A DNA stretch of 64,000 nucleotides. It comes from Bacteroidota bacterium. Lineage in GTDB: Bacteria > Bacteroidota > Bacteroidia > Bacteroidales > UBA10428. The notes below the pieces were generated by a model. That model saw only the letters and a program-made list of their open reading frames with translations, ran no database searches and was not told the origin of the DNA. Position 1 is the first letter of the stretch. Each line of letters begins with the position of its first letter. The stretch lies in contig CP065006.1 of assembly GCA_016699695.1 (NCBI GenBank), positions 2,589,435-2,653,434 of the forward strand. The letters run 5' to 3'. Positions 37,873 to 46,164 of this stretch are shown here, one piece after another. The position numbers and the translations under genes are program-made.

Positions 37873-37888
37873 ACCAACTATTTTTGGC
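37873..37888. repeat. IS terminal inverted repeat (accaactatttttggc)
   Basis: Perfect reverse complement of 36646-36661. Confidence 0.8.
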
Positions 37889-37938
37889 CTCTATATCTTT
37901 TTTGAAAAAGGGAATTTATTCCTGAGTATAGTGAAAAA

Positions 37939-38514
37939 TTAATCGATTTTAATGTGCGCCCAGTTTTCGTTTCGGCGAATGCGGTTAAGCTGTGTATGTG
38001 TGATTCCGAATTCTTTGGCAATTTTATAAAGAGGGGTTTTGCCGCGCTGCAATTTCTTTTTAAGGCGCATTACTTCCGTTTCGGTTAATTTCGAGTTAGT
38101 GATTTCGCCTTTGCGTCGTTCGATGGCAGCCGCAGTGCGCGGACTTGTGCGGCTATGAGCGAACATCTCAGCACGGGTAACCCAACGCAAATTCTTTTGA
38201 TGGTTATTCCATTTATTAAAATCGACATGAATTACCTTGTCGTGTTTAGAGGATGGCTGGGTTAAAAACATTTCCCCTACCAGGCGATGAATACTTTTGG
38301 TGATGCGTTTTTTTCCGGTAAGCAACTCATCGGTACGAAAAGAGAAATAGGCATAACCGTTTACATTCGATGGACGTTGTATCGCCCAGTCATTTTTTTT
38401 AACTATCCAACGTCGTATACGCCCTGCATTGGAAACTTCGTATTTTTCCTTGGCGTCAATACCTTCAAAAAGCACCTGCTTCCACTGCTCTTCACTGTAA
38501 TTTCTTTCCTCCAT
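37939..38514 (-). CDS. NUMOD4 + HNH endonuclease + C-terminal HTH (free-standing homing-endonuclease-like gene)
   Basis: The start at 38514 gives MEERNYSEEQWKQV... It has a NUMOD4-type motif (YEVSNAGRIRRW), an HNH_3-type motif (SIHRLVGEMF...VIHVDFNKWNNHQKNLRWVT) and an HTH (LYKIAKEFGITHTQLNRIRRNENW). Confidence 0.8.
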   Translation of the reverse strand: MEERNYSEEQWKQVLFEGIDAKEKYEVSNAGRIRRWIVKKNDWAIQRPSNVNGYAYFSFRTDELLTGKKRITKSIHRLVGEMFLTQPSSKHDKVIHVDFNKWNNHQKNLRWVTRAEMFAHSRTSPRTAAAIERRKGEITNSKLTETEVMRLKKKLQRGKTPLYKIAKEFGITHTQLNRIRRNENWAHIKID

Positions 38515-38812
38515 GGTACCTTGCTGATTCTTTCTATCTAGTTTGATGACGTTTTGCATGCATTGAGTCACCAATTCTTGCTTTTATTACCTTTTTGTGC
38601 CCGAATTTCTAACAACCGGAGGCGAAAAATACAATCAATATTTTTTAATGAGAAACATATCCAGGCATTTCGTAGCCTGATTTTTATTAACGGCAGAGAA
38701 TTGATTACCAAGGGGGTAAATTAATCGATGATTAAAAACCACGAGAAAGAGTTTAGATAACCTCATGACTGTATAAGTGTAGATATTGGTAAATACAGCT
38801 TCGATAAAATGT

Positions 38813-39556
38813 CTATCCCAGTCGCTGCTTCAGCACTTCGAAAAGCAGTATTCCTGAGGCCACACTCACATTGAGTGAAGCAATTTCTCCCATCATGGGT
38901 ATTTTTACAAGAGCATCAGTGCGTTTAAGCACCGCCTCCGAGATACCCGTATCTTCCGAGCCCATTACAATGGCTGCCGGACCATGAAATACTTGTTCGA
39001 AGTAGTTAAGGCCTGCTTTTTCAGTGGCTCCATATACTTTAATTCCCGATTGCTGTAAAAACCGTATGGTTTCTGGTATACTGTCGACCTTGCATACCGG
39101 AATACGGGTAAGGGCACCGGCTGAGGTTTTTATGGCATCAGCACTTACGCTAACCGATTTTCTGGCTGCAATCACAAGGGCATCCACTCCAGCTGCTTCA
39201 GCTGTTCTGGCAATGGCCCCAAAGTTACGTACATCGGTAATGCCATCGAGCAGCAGTATAAAGGGGTCTCTGCCTGCCTCGTATACCGAAGGTAATAGGT
39301 TGGTAATGTCGTAATAGGTAATGGAGGTCGAAAAAGCGATGATTCCCTGGTGATTGGTGCGGGTAATGCGGTTGAGTTTTTCGATGGGTACATATTGAAA
39401 ATTGAGCCTCTGCTCCCTGATGAGTTGCAGACACTCCTGAAACAGGTCTCCTGTAAGTCCTTTTTTAATCAGTATTTTATCGATGGTTTTATTGGCCTTA
39501 ATGGCTTCAATTACCGAGTGAAAACCAATAAGTAAATCATCGCTGTGTTTTTTCAT
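38813..39556 (-). CDS. rlmB: 23S rRNA (guanosine2251-2'-O)-methyltransferase RlmB (SpoU/TrmH family)
   Basis: The track ORF extends to 39634. I prefer the start at 39556 (MKKHSDDLLIGFHSVIEAIKA), giving ~247 aa. SpoU motifs are present: LLLDGITDVRNFGAIARTAEAAG, IVMGSEDTGIS, IPMMGEIASLNVSVA. Confidence 0.8.
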   Translation of the reverse strand: MKKHSDDLLIGFHSVIEAIKANKTIDKILIKKGLTGDLFQECLQLIREQRLNFQYVPIEKLNRITRTNHQGIIAFSTSITYYDITNLLPSVYEAGRDPFILLLDGITDVRNFGAIARTAEAAGVDALVIAARKSVSVSADAIKTSAGALTRIPVCKVDSIPETIRFLQQSGIKVYGATEKAGLNYFEQVFHGPAAIVMGSEDTGISEAVLKRTDALVKIPMMGEIASLNVSVASGILLFEVLKQRLG

Positions 39557-39710
39557 CTTTTCGTTTTTTTCAATTCCTTTAGTACTTGCATGAAAAAAAT
39601 GTCTTTTATCGGTTGCTATTATATTTTTACTCATGCTTGGATTTTTTTGAGCCTATTTCTATTGATTTCATCGACGACCTTGCTCAGGAAACTGGTGCCA
39701 GGCATAGAGT

Positions 39711-41000
39711 CTAGTTAGTATTAAATATTTGACCGCTTGTCCAGGTATAAACTGTTTCTGTCCAGCGCCAGCTTTCGCTTTGCGAGCGTTCCAGCTTATA
39801 ATTATTGAGGTTATACCGGTTAGGCTCATAATTAAAAGTAAATACGATGTTACTGTCGTCGGTTTTATTCTTATAAATCCAGATTTCCTGTTCGGGTGTT
39901 TTTTTTAATTCTTCCGGTGGACCGTAAACTACATAAACCATTCCCCTGTCTGTTTTCCAACCTTCGCGTGTGCTGGAGAAATAATAGTTTGAATAATAAA
40001 CCCGGTTGTAATAGAGTCTTATCATTTCGCGACCCCGGTCTATACTGCCTGCTGTTTTTTGCCAGAAATTATCAGCAGCTAGTTTTGGGTTAATTTCGCT
40101 TTTAAGTTTGTCGAATTCGGCATCAGTGGTAATATAAGTTAGCGGAGGAATCAATTCCTCCGGCTTTTTTGTTTGTGGAAAGGATTCGGAAAGCCTGAGC
40201 AAACAAACTCCTGCTGTGGAGAGGGTATCGAATCGGATATAATAAAGCCCCTGGTAAACCAAGGATAGTGCAGTATTGGCACTGTAGTCGACAATAAACA
40301 TCGAATCGGGTTTGCTGTAAATCAATTCATCGCTCAAGGGAACTAAAAATGGCTTTGATGCCTGAACCTGGTTATGGTAGAAAGAAATATATAGTTTCGT
40401 AGAGGCAGGAGAGGCGTGTTGTACACGAAATAAGCCATCGTTGACGAGTATGTTCCTGAAAACAGGTGTGCCATCGAGCCCGGTTATATTAAAATATTGT
40501 TCACCCATCCCTGCCTGTTTTTCAATATCGAGGTAGTATATGCTATGCGATAACCGAAAATTATCGCGTAGGGTAATTTTCATCCTGTAAGATTTTCCTT
40601 CTGTAGCTTTAAAGGGAATCTGCGAGATATAAAACTTACCAAGGTCGCTGCGGTTAAACTGATATACAAATGTGTTGGTATCGACCAAAAAATTACCGCC
40701 ATCGCCTACTTCCTGCAGCATGTATTTCAGGGTGAAACTGCAGCCATCCTCGTTGGAGAAAGCATTTGGTCTGAAAAAGATTTCGTCAGTGCGGATTTTA
40801 AAAAACAAGACCGAAGTGTTGGTGTTGTTATGGTATACCTTGTAAAGTGGATGCAAGGACGATTTTAGTGGGTTGTAAATATGCGCCAGTGTCCATTGAG
40901 AGCTTGTTTGCGAATTATAATTGCTACTACAGGATGCTAAAAACGCAAGTAGCAGCAATGCCAGCTTCGGAAAAGAACTTATGGGTTTAACTGGTTTCAA
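39711..41000 (-). CDS. GWxTD domain-containing lipoprotein
   Basis: 429 aa with a lipoprotein signal (LLLLAFLASCSS) and a C-terminal REGWKTDRGMVYVVYGPPEE matching the GWxTD signature. Confidence 0.8.
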   Translation of the reverse strand: MKPVKPISSFPKLALLLLAFLASCSSNYNSQTSSQWTLAHIYNPLKSSLHPLYKVYHNNTNTSVLFFKIRTDEIFFRPNAFSNEDGCSFTLKYMLQEVGDGGNFLVDTNTFVYQFNRSDLGKFYISQIPFKATEGKSYRMKITLRDNFRLSHSIYYLDIEKQAGMGEQYFNITGLDGTPVFRNILVNDGLFRVQHASPASTKLYISFYHNQVQASKPFLVPLSDELIYSKPDSMFIVDYSANTALSLVYQGLYYIRFDTLSTAGVCLLRLSESFPQTKKPEELIPPLTYITTDAEFDKLKSEINPKLAADNFWQKTAGSIDRGREMIRLYYNRVYYSNYYFSSTREGWKTDRGMVYVVYGPPEELKKTPEQEIWIYKNKTDDSNIVFTFNYEPNRYNLNNYKLERSQSESWRWTETVYTWTSGQIFNTN

Positions 41001-41055
41001 CTAACAGGTGTTTTTTTGTAAAAATAGTGATTCTTTAGGCTTTTGTAGCAAACGC

Positions 41056-42993
41056 TTACAAGTTTCTCTGGTTTAATAGTTCCTCCAGCTGACTGCCATG
41101 CTCTTCCCATTCTTTCAGCAATTTCTCTATTTCTTTTTTATTGTTTTCGTAAAGTGAAAACAGGTCTTGGTTACTTTGTTCATTTTGAGCTAGTTTCTTT
41201 TCTGCTTCGGCATTTTCTGCTTCAAGTCTGTTGATGCTTTTTTCAATCTCCTCTATGCACCTTTCGATCTTCCTGATTTCTTTGTCCAGCTCCTTTCGCT
41301 GTTCGTAGGTGAGTTTATTTTTGCTTGTTTTCGCATCGGCTTTTTGCCCTGCAATGGGCTGTTTGCGATTTAATTCATCGAGGCTGTTGAGGCGTTTTCT
41401 GGCCAAAAATTCATAGATGGTTTCGCGATGCTCTTTGACTTTTTTATTGCTGAACTCAAAAAAGCGCGTAGTAAGCCCGTTTAAAAATTCCCTGTCGTGC
41501 GAAACCAGAATAAGGGTGCCATCGTAGGCCAGGAGTGCTTTCTTCAGAATATCTTTCGAACGGATGTCGAGGTGGTTGGTAGGTTCGTCAAGCACAAGCA
41601 AATTATAGGGCTCAAGCAATAGTTTGGCCATGGACAATCTCGATTTCTCACCCCCGGAAAGTACCCTAACTTTTTTATCTACATCCTCGCCGCCAAACAG
41701 AAAAGCACCCAGAATGTCGCGTATACGGGTGCGAACATCGCCAACAGCTACGGCGTCGATGGTTTCGAGCACAGTCTTGTCTCCGTCCAGCAGCTCATCC
41801 TGGTTTTGTGCAAAGTATCCGAGCTTAACGTTGTGGCCAAGCTTATATTCACCAGTGGCCTCCAGCTCGTTTACAATGATTCGCGAGAGGGTAGTTTTTC
41901 CTTCACCGTTTTTACCAATAAAGGCAAGTTTCTCGCCTCTCTCCACCTGCATGTCAATTTTGTCGAGTATAACCTTGCTGCCATAGGCTTTGGTAAGACT
42001 TCGGGCTTCGAATACAACAGTACCTGATCGAGGTGCCGGCGGAAATTTGATGTTTATCGAAGAAAGGTCTTCTTCGTCTACTTCAATGATATCTACCTTT
42101 TCGAGTTGCTTGATGCGCGATTGCACCTGCACAGCTTTTGAAGCTTTGTATCGAAAACGCTCGATGAATTCTTTTGTATCATCGAGCTGTTTTTGCTGGT
42201 TTCGATAGGCTGACAATAGTTTTTCGCGCCGGTCTTTGCGCTGCTCGAGGTAGTTGGAATAGTTGGTTTTATAGTCGTGCAGTTTGCCCAGGCTTATTTC
42301 TACTGTACGTTTGGTAATCTTATCGAGAAAAGCCCTGTCGTGCGAAATGAGCACAATGGCTCCATTGTAGGTGCTTAAAAAATCTTCGAGCCATTGTATC
42401 GATTCAATGTCGAGGTGGTTGGTAGGTTCGTCGAGAAGAAAAATATCGGGCGATCGTAACAGAATTTTTGCCAATTCGATGCGCATTCGCCAGCCTCCAC
42501 TGAATTCTTTGGTGGGACGGTTGAAATCGGATCGTTTAAAGCCTAAGCCAATTAAGGTTTGTTCGCAAAGTGCGTTGGTGTTGCCGGCATCGATTATATG
42601 CAAACGGTCGTTTTTTTCTGTCAGCAATTCAACCAACTCAAGGTAACTGTCCGTTTCGTAGTCGGTACGTTCCTGCAGTTGCTGACCAATGTGTTCGATA
42701 TCCTGTTCTATTTTTTTAAATTCTTCGAAAGCGGTCATGGTTTCGTCAAAAACAGTACGGGTATCGTTACAGGCTAATTGCTGGGGTAAATAGCCCAGAC
42801 TTACGTCACTTGCCACTACAACCTGGCCCTTGTCGGGCAGAACTTCGCCTGTCATCAGTTTAAGCATGGTCGACTTTCCTGCACCGTTTTTTCCTACTAG
42901 TCCAAGCTTATCTTTTGGGCCAATCATCAGGCTAATATCTTCAAAAATGCGCTGTCCGGTATATTGCAGCGAGAGGTTTTCCAGTGAAATCAT
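41056..42993 (-). CDS. ABC-F family ATPase (two ABC domains, no TM domain)
   Basis: 645 aa with two Walker A sites (GKNGAGKST, GKNGEGKTT), two signature motifs (FSGGWRMR, LSGGEKSR) and a C-terminal coiled coil. Confidence 0.9.
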   Translation of the reverse strand: MISLENLSLQYTGQRIFEDISLMIGPKDKLGLVGKNGAGKSTMLKLMTGEVLPDKGQVVVASDVSLGYLPQQLACNDTRTVFDETMTAFEEFKKIEQDIEHIGQQLQERTDYETDSYLELVELLTEKNDRLHIIDAGNTNALCEQTLIGLGFKRSDFNRPTKEFSGGWRMRIELAKILLRSPDIFLLDEPTNHLDIESIQWLEDFLSTYNGAIVLISHDRAFLDKITKRTVEISLGKLHDYKTNYSNYLEQRKDRREKLLSAYRNQQKQLDDTKEFIERFRYKASKAVQVQSRIKQLEKVDIIEVDEEDLSSINIKFPPAPRSGTVVFEARSLTKAYGSKVILDKIDMQVERGEKLAFIGKNGEGKTTLSRIIVNELEATGEYKLGHNVKLGYFAQNQDELLDGDKTVLETIDAVAVGDVRTRIRDILGAFLFGGEDVDKKVRVLSGGEKSRLSMAKLLLEPYNLLVLDEPTNHLDIRSKDILKKALLAYDGTLILVSHDREFLNGLTTRFFEFSNKKVKEHRETIYEFLARKRLNSLDELNRKQPIAGQKADAKTSKNKLTYEQRKELDKEIRKIERCIEEIEKSINRLEAENAEAEKKLAQNEQSNQDLFSLYENNKKEIEKLLKEWEEHGSQLEELLNQRNL

Positions 42994-43208
42994 CCGTATT
43001 ATTTAAGATTTGCAAAAGTAGCAAAAACAGTTGGAAGCGCTATACAAACTATGTCTCCATATCAGGGAGTATTTATCCTTAGAAAAAATGTGGAAGATCA
43101 AATATCATTTTTAAGCTTTCTATTATCCAAATTTTAAGCTATTTCATATAAAGCTTGAAGGCTGTTTACCTTTTTTTACCTTTGTGGCCTGAATTTAAAC
43201 TGCACAGA

Positions 43209-44615
43209 GTGGGCAAACGTAAGAATAATCTGCTAATCGAAAACCTGGAAATAATTGATGTGGCCGCAGAAGGCAAGGCTATAGGCAAGCATAACAACAT
43301 GGTGGTGTTTGTGCCCTGGATGGCTCCGGGCGATGTGGTGGATGTGCGCGTGAATGTGCGGCGCAAAAAATACATGGAAGGTCGGGTGGAGCAAATTAAA
43401 AAACTCTCGGACTTGCGGGTTACTCCATTTTGCAGTCATTTTACGGTTTGTGGAGGTTGCAAATGGCAACACTTACCTTATGACCTACAGCTAAAATACA
43501 AACACAAACAAGTTGTCGATAACCTTACACGTATAGGCAAAGTAGCACTCGATAATATAAGTCCTATACTTGCTTCTGCTCAGGAGAAGTATTACCGGAA
43601 TAAGCTGGAATATACATTCTCTGCTACACGTTGGCTAACCAACGATGAGGTAGGTAAGGAAGATGAAATTTCCGACCGCAATGCGCTGGGCTTTCATGTT
43701 CCGGGCCGTTTCGACAGAGTGCTTGACATTGATACCTGCTATCTGCAGCCGGATCTCTCGAACCAGATTCGCCTCGCAATTCGGAAGTTTGCAACTGACG
43801 AAGGTTTTTCATTCTACCATCAACGAAACAACGAAGGCTTTTTGCGTAACATTATATTGCGCAACTCCAACCAGGGCGAATGGATGGTAATAATGGTTTT
43901 TGGCGAAGAACTGCCTGCAGAAATCGAGGCGGTTATGTGTTTTCTAAAAGATTCATTTCCTCAGATAACCTCCCTGCATTATGTGGTGAATACCAAAGTC
44001 AACGATACCATTGGCGATCTGGAGATTGTTTGTTACTCGGGTCAGGGCTATTTGATAGAAGAAATGGAAGGCCTTCGGTTCAAGATCGGGCCTAAATCTT
44101 TTTTTCAGACCAATTCGCAACAGGCACTCGAACTGTACAAGGTAACTCGTGAGTTTGCAAAGCTGAATAAGACCGATCTGGTGTATGATTTGTATACAGG
44201 CACCGGCACCATTGCCAATTTTCTGGCCCATCAGTGCAAAAAGGTAATAGGAATTGAATATGTCGAAGAGGCTATCGTCGATGCACGCATCAATTCGCTC
44301 GAAAACAAAATAGAGAATACACTTTTTTTTGCCGGAGATATGAAAGACATCCTTACCGTTGAATTTCTTGCCGAACATGGAAAACCAGATGTGCTGATTA
44401 CCGACCCTCCGCGGGCAGGCATGCACCCCGATGTGGTAAAAGTAATTCTCGATGCAGAACCCAACCGCATTGTGTATGTAAGCTGCAATCCTGCCACACA
44501 GGCGCGCGATCTGGAGTTATTGTCGGTAAAATACAAAGTAACCGCTGTGCAGCCGGTCGATATGTTTCCGCACACCCACCACGTAGAGAATGTGGTGAGG
44601 CTGGAGTTGATATAA
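43209..44615 (+). CDS. rlmD: 23S rRNA (uracil-C5)-methyltransferase RlmD/RumA
   Basis: I prefer the GTG start at 43209 (MGKRKNNLLIENLEIIDVAAEGKAIGK, TRAM domain). It has an Fe-S Cys cluster (FCSHFTVCGGCKWQH), a SAM motif (DLYTGTGTI) and the catalytic region ...YVSCNPATQARD. Confidence 0.85.
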   Translation: MGKRKNNLLIENLEIIDVAAEGKAIGKHNNMVVFVPWMAPGDVVDVRVNVRRKKYMEGRVEQIKKLSDLRVTPFCSHFTVCGGCKWQHLPYDLQLKYKHKQVVDNLTRIGKVALDNISPILASAQEKYYRNKLEYTFSATRWLTNDEVGKEDEISDRNALGFHVPGRFDRVLDIDTCYLQPDLSNQIRLAIRKFATDEGFSFYHQRNNEGFLRNIILRNSNQGEWMVIMVFGEELPAEIEAVMCFLKDSFPQITSLHYVVNTKVNDTIGDLEIVCYSGQGYLIEEMEGLRFKIGPKSFFQTNSQQALELYKVTREFAKLNKTDLVYDLYTGTGTIANFLAHQCKKVIGIEYVEEAIVDARINSLENKIENTLFFAGDMKDILTVEFLAEHGKPDVLITDPPRAGMHPDVVKVILDAEPNRIVYVSCNPATQARDLELLSVKYKVTAVQPVDMFPHTHHVENVVRLELI

Positions 44616-44668
44616 TAAACTCTTATTCTAACCTCTTATTGGGCTTTTTTTTCCTTGATAGGAACTAG

Positions 44669-44983
44669 TTAATCTTTGTTATCTAATATTTCGATGGCTT
44701 TTAGAATTAACTTGTCAGCATTATTCTGTAAATCATTTAAGGTATTAATCATCTCAATATCTGCAGGTATTCCAGTTTTTTCAAAACATTTCTTATTGCT
44801 GTCATATATTCTTTGATTTGAAAGGGTTCCCCAAAGCTCTTTGTTTTCGTCAATTGTATAATTCATGGAATTGGAGAATTTCCCTTTAGTATTTGTACCG
44901 ATAACTGTTACATAAGGTAATTCTTTCAATATACACAATTCGTCTGTCTTTGACCTTGGCAGTTTAGTTTCACTGTGTCTTTC
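44669..44983 (-). pseudogene. C-terminal remnant of an S41 peptidase paralog
   Basis: The open frame ...SKTDELCILKELPYVTVIGTNTKGKFSNS...GIPADIEM... parallels FSTSEIFAAGMTKLANCITIGDTTGGGLSNS...GIPPQVLV of the neighbouring intact S41 gene. Stops occur in all frames upstream, and no N-terminal two-thirds is present. Confidence 0.6.
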
Positions 44984-45113
44984 CTAATTCGTCGATAAGA
45001 AGCTAATTTCCTGTCACTTTACACCAACCTTTTTTTTTAGGTGCTAACGACACTTGCAAAAAAAATTGACCAACATGCTCGCTAACGTGAGTTAGGCGCA
45101 CAATCTATTATTT

Positions 45114-46118
45114 TTATTTCAGTAGATCTAATGCGTATTCAAAAACCGGATCAATACCATTTTCTATATCTTCAGAATTCCAGTTAACAAGCACTTGTGG
45201 GGGAATGCCACTAGATTCAACTATTTTCTTTTCAGTATCAAAAATTAATTGGTCAGAAACGGAATAAACTGTGCCATCGGGTAAGGTAAACTGTCTGCTA
45301 TTACTTAACCCTCCCCCAGTTGTATCGCCAATTGTAATGCAATTCGCTAATTTTGTCATTCCTGCTGCGAAGATTTCAGATGTGCTGAAACAACCCCTGC
45401 CTATTAGTAAAATTATGGGTTTAGTAAATTGCCATTCACCTCTTTTCGGATATTCTATTGGAGACATATTGGTGAAATCGTTATGATTTTTTCCATTTCG
45501 GTTTTGGACATAACCACAAGCAAATTTGTCAGTTACAAATCGTCCACCAATACTGCCTGCAAGAGGTCCATATCCGCCGCCATTCATTCGTATATCAAGA
45601 ATGATTCCCTTGCAATTTTTCATGCTGTTTAATACAGCATCGAAATCTTTTATTAAAATTTTATCTCTGTTCCATTCCGAAATAGAAATATATCCAATAG
45701 AATCATGTTTAAACCAACCCCATGAAGAATTTTCTCTATGCCAATTGAAGGTTGACATATATTTTTGCCAAATTTCATTGTTCCAATTTACACTATAGGA
45801 AGGAAAATATGGTTGCACAAATTGTCCATTACTTTTTTTCATCCACACGTGCACATCTTCTAATGGGGCAAGCATGTTATTTACAATACTGATAAATTCA
45901 GAATAAGAAACATCATCTGCTATTTGAGGATAATATTGATTGTACTGAGCCGTCCAATCAATATTTTTATAATCGAAAAACACATAATACAAATCAAAGT
46001 TTTTCCAAATAGTTTCAAATTCAGTCAAGTAAGTATTATTATTGACTGGAGGTTCATCAGTATTATCACAATTAATGATTAACCCAATAATAAAAATATA
46101 GAGTAGTAGTTTTTTCAT
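45114..46118 (-). CDS. S41 family peptidase lipoprotein
   Basis: 334 aa with signal MKKLLLYIFIIGLIINC, GIILDIRMNGGG and LIGRGCFSTSEIFAAG (catalytic Ser region). Confidence 0.85.
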   Translation of the reverse strand: MKKLLLYIFIIGLIINCDNTDEPPVNNNTYLTEFETIWKNFDLYYVFFDYKNIDWTAQYNQYYPQIADDVSYSEFISIVNNMLAPLEDVHVWMKKSNGQFVQPYFPSYSVNWNNEIWQKYMSTFNWHRENSSWGWFKHDSIGYISISEWNRDKILIKDFDAVLNSMKNCKGIILDIRMNGGGYGPLAGSIGGRFVTDKFACGYVQNRNGKNHNDFTNMSPIEYPKRGEWQFTKPIILLIGRGCFSTSEIFAAGMTKLANCITIGDTTGGGLSNSRQFTLPDGTVYSVSDQLIFDTEKKIVESSGIPPQVLVNWNSEDIENGIDPVFEYALDLLK

Positions 46119-46164
46119 ATTCCTAATTGCTATAACTTTTATAGGGCGTTAATATACGCGAATG

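Larger units (their letters stand above)
36646..37888 (-). mobile_element. IS element (~1.24 kb) with Zn-ribbon + DDE transposase (IS1-like by my reading; family uncertain)
   Basis: It has 16-bp perfect terminal inverted repeats, AT-rich composition and a transposase-like ORF. I could not find a flanking direct repeat. Confidence 0.75.

Noticed and set aside
43155-43208. TTG-initiated extension of rlmD (MKAVYLFLPLWPEFKLHR)
   Set aside because: It is a hydrophobic, unconserved-looking peptide. The GTG at 43209 yields the expected MGKRKNN...TRAM-domain start.
43953-44575. 157-aa and 114-aa minus-strand ORFs inside rlmD
   Set aside because: They are antisense to a gene with clear TRAM, Fe-S and SAM-methyltransferase motifs. 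No independent support exists.
44616-45113. Looked for a direct repeat of the tRNA-Val 3' end (att-type scar) at the far edge of the AT-rich block
   Set aside because: I could not find any segment resembling ggattcgaaccgccgac / tgggcgatgac by eye. The island hypothesis therefore rests on composition and geometry only.
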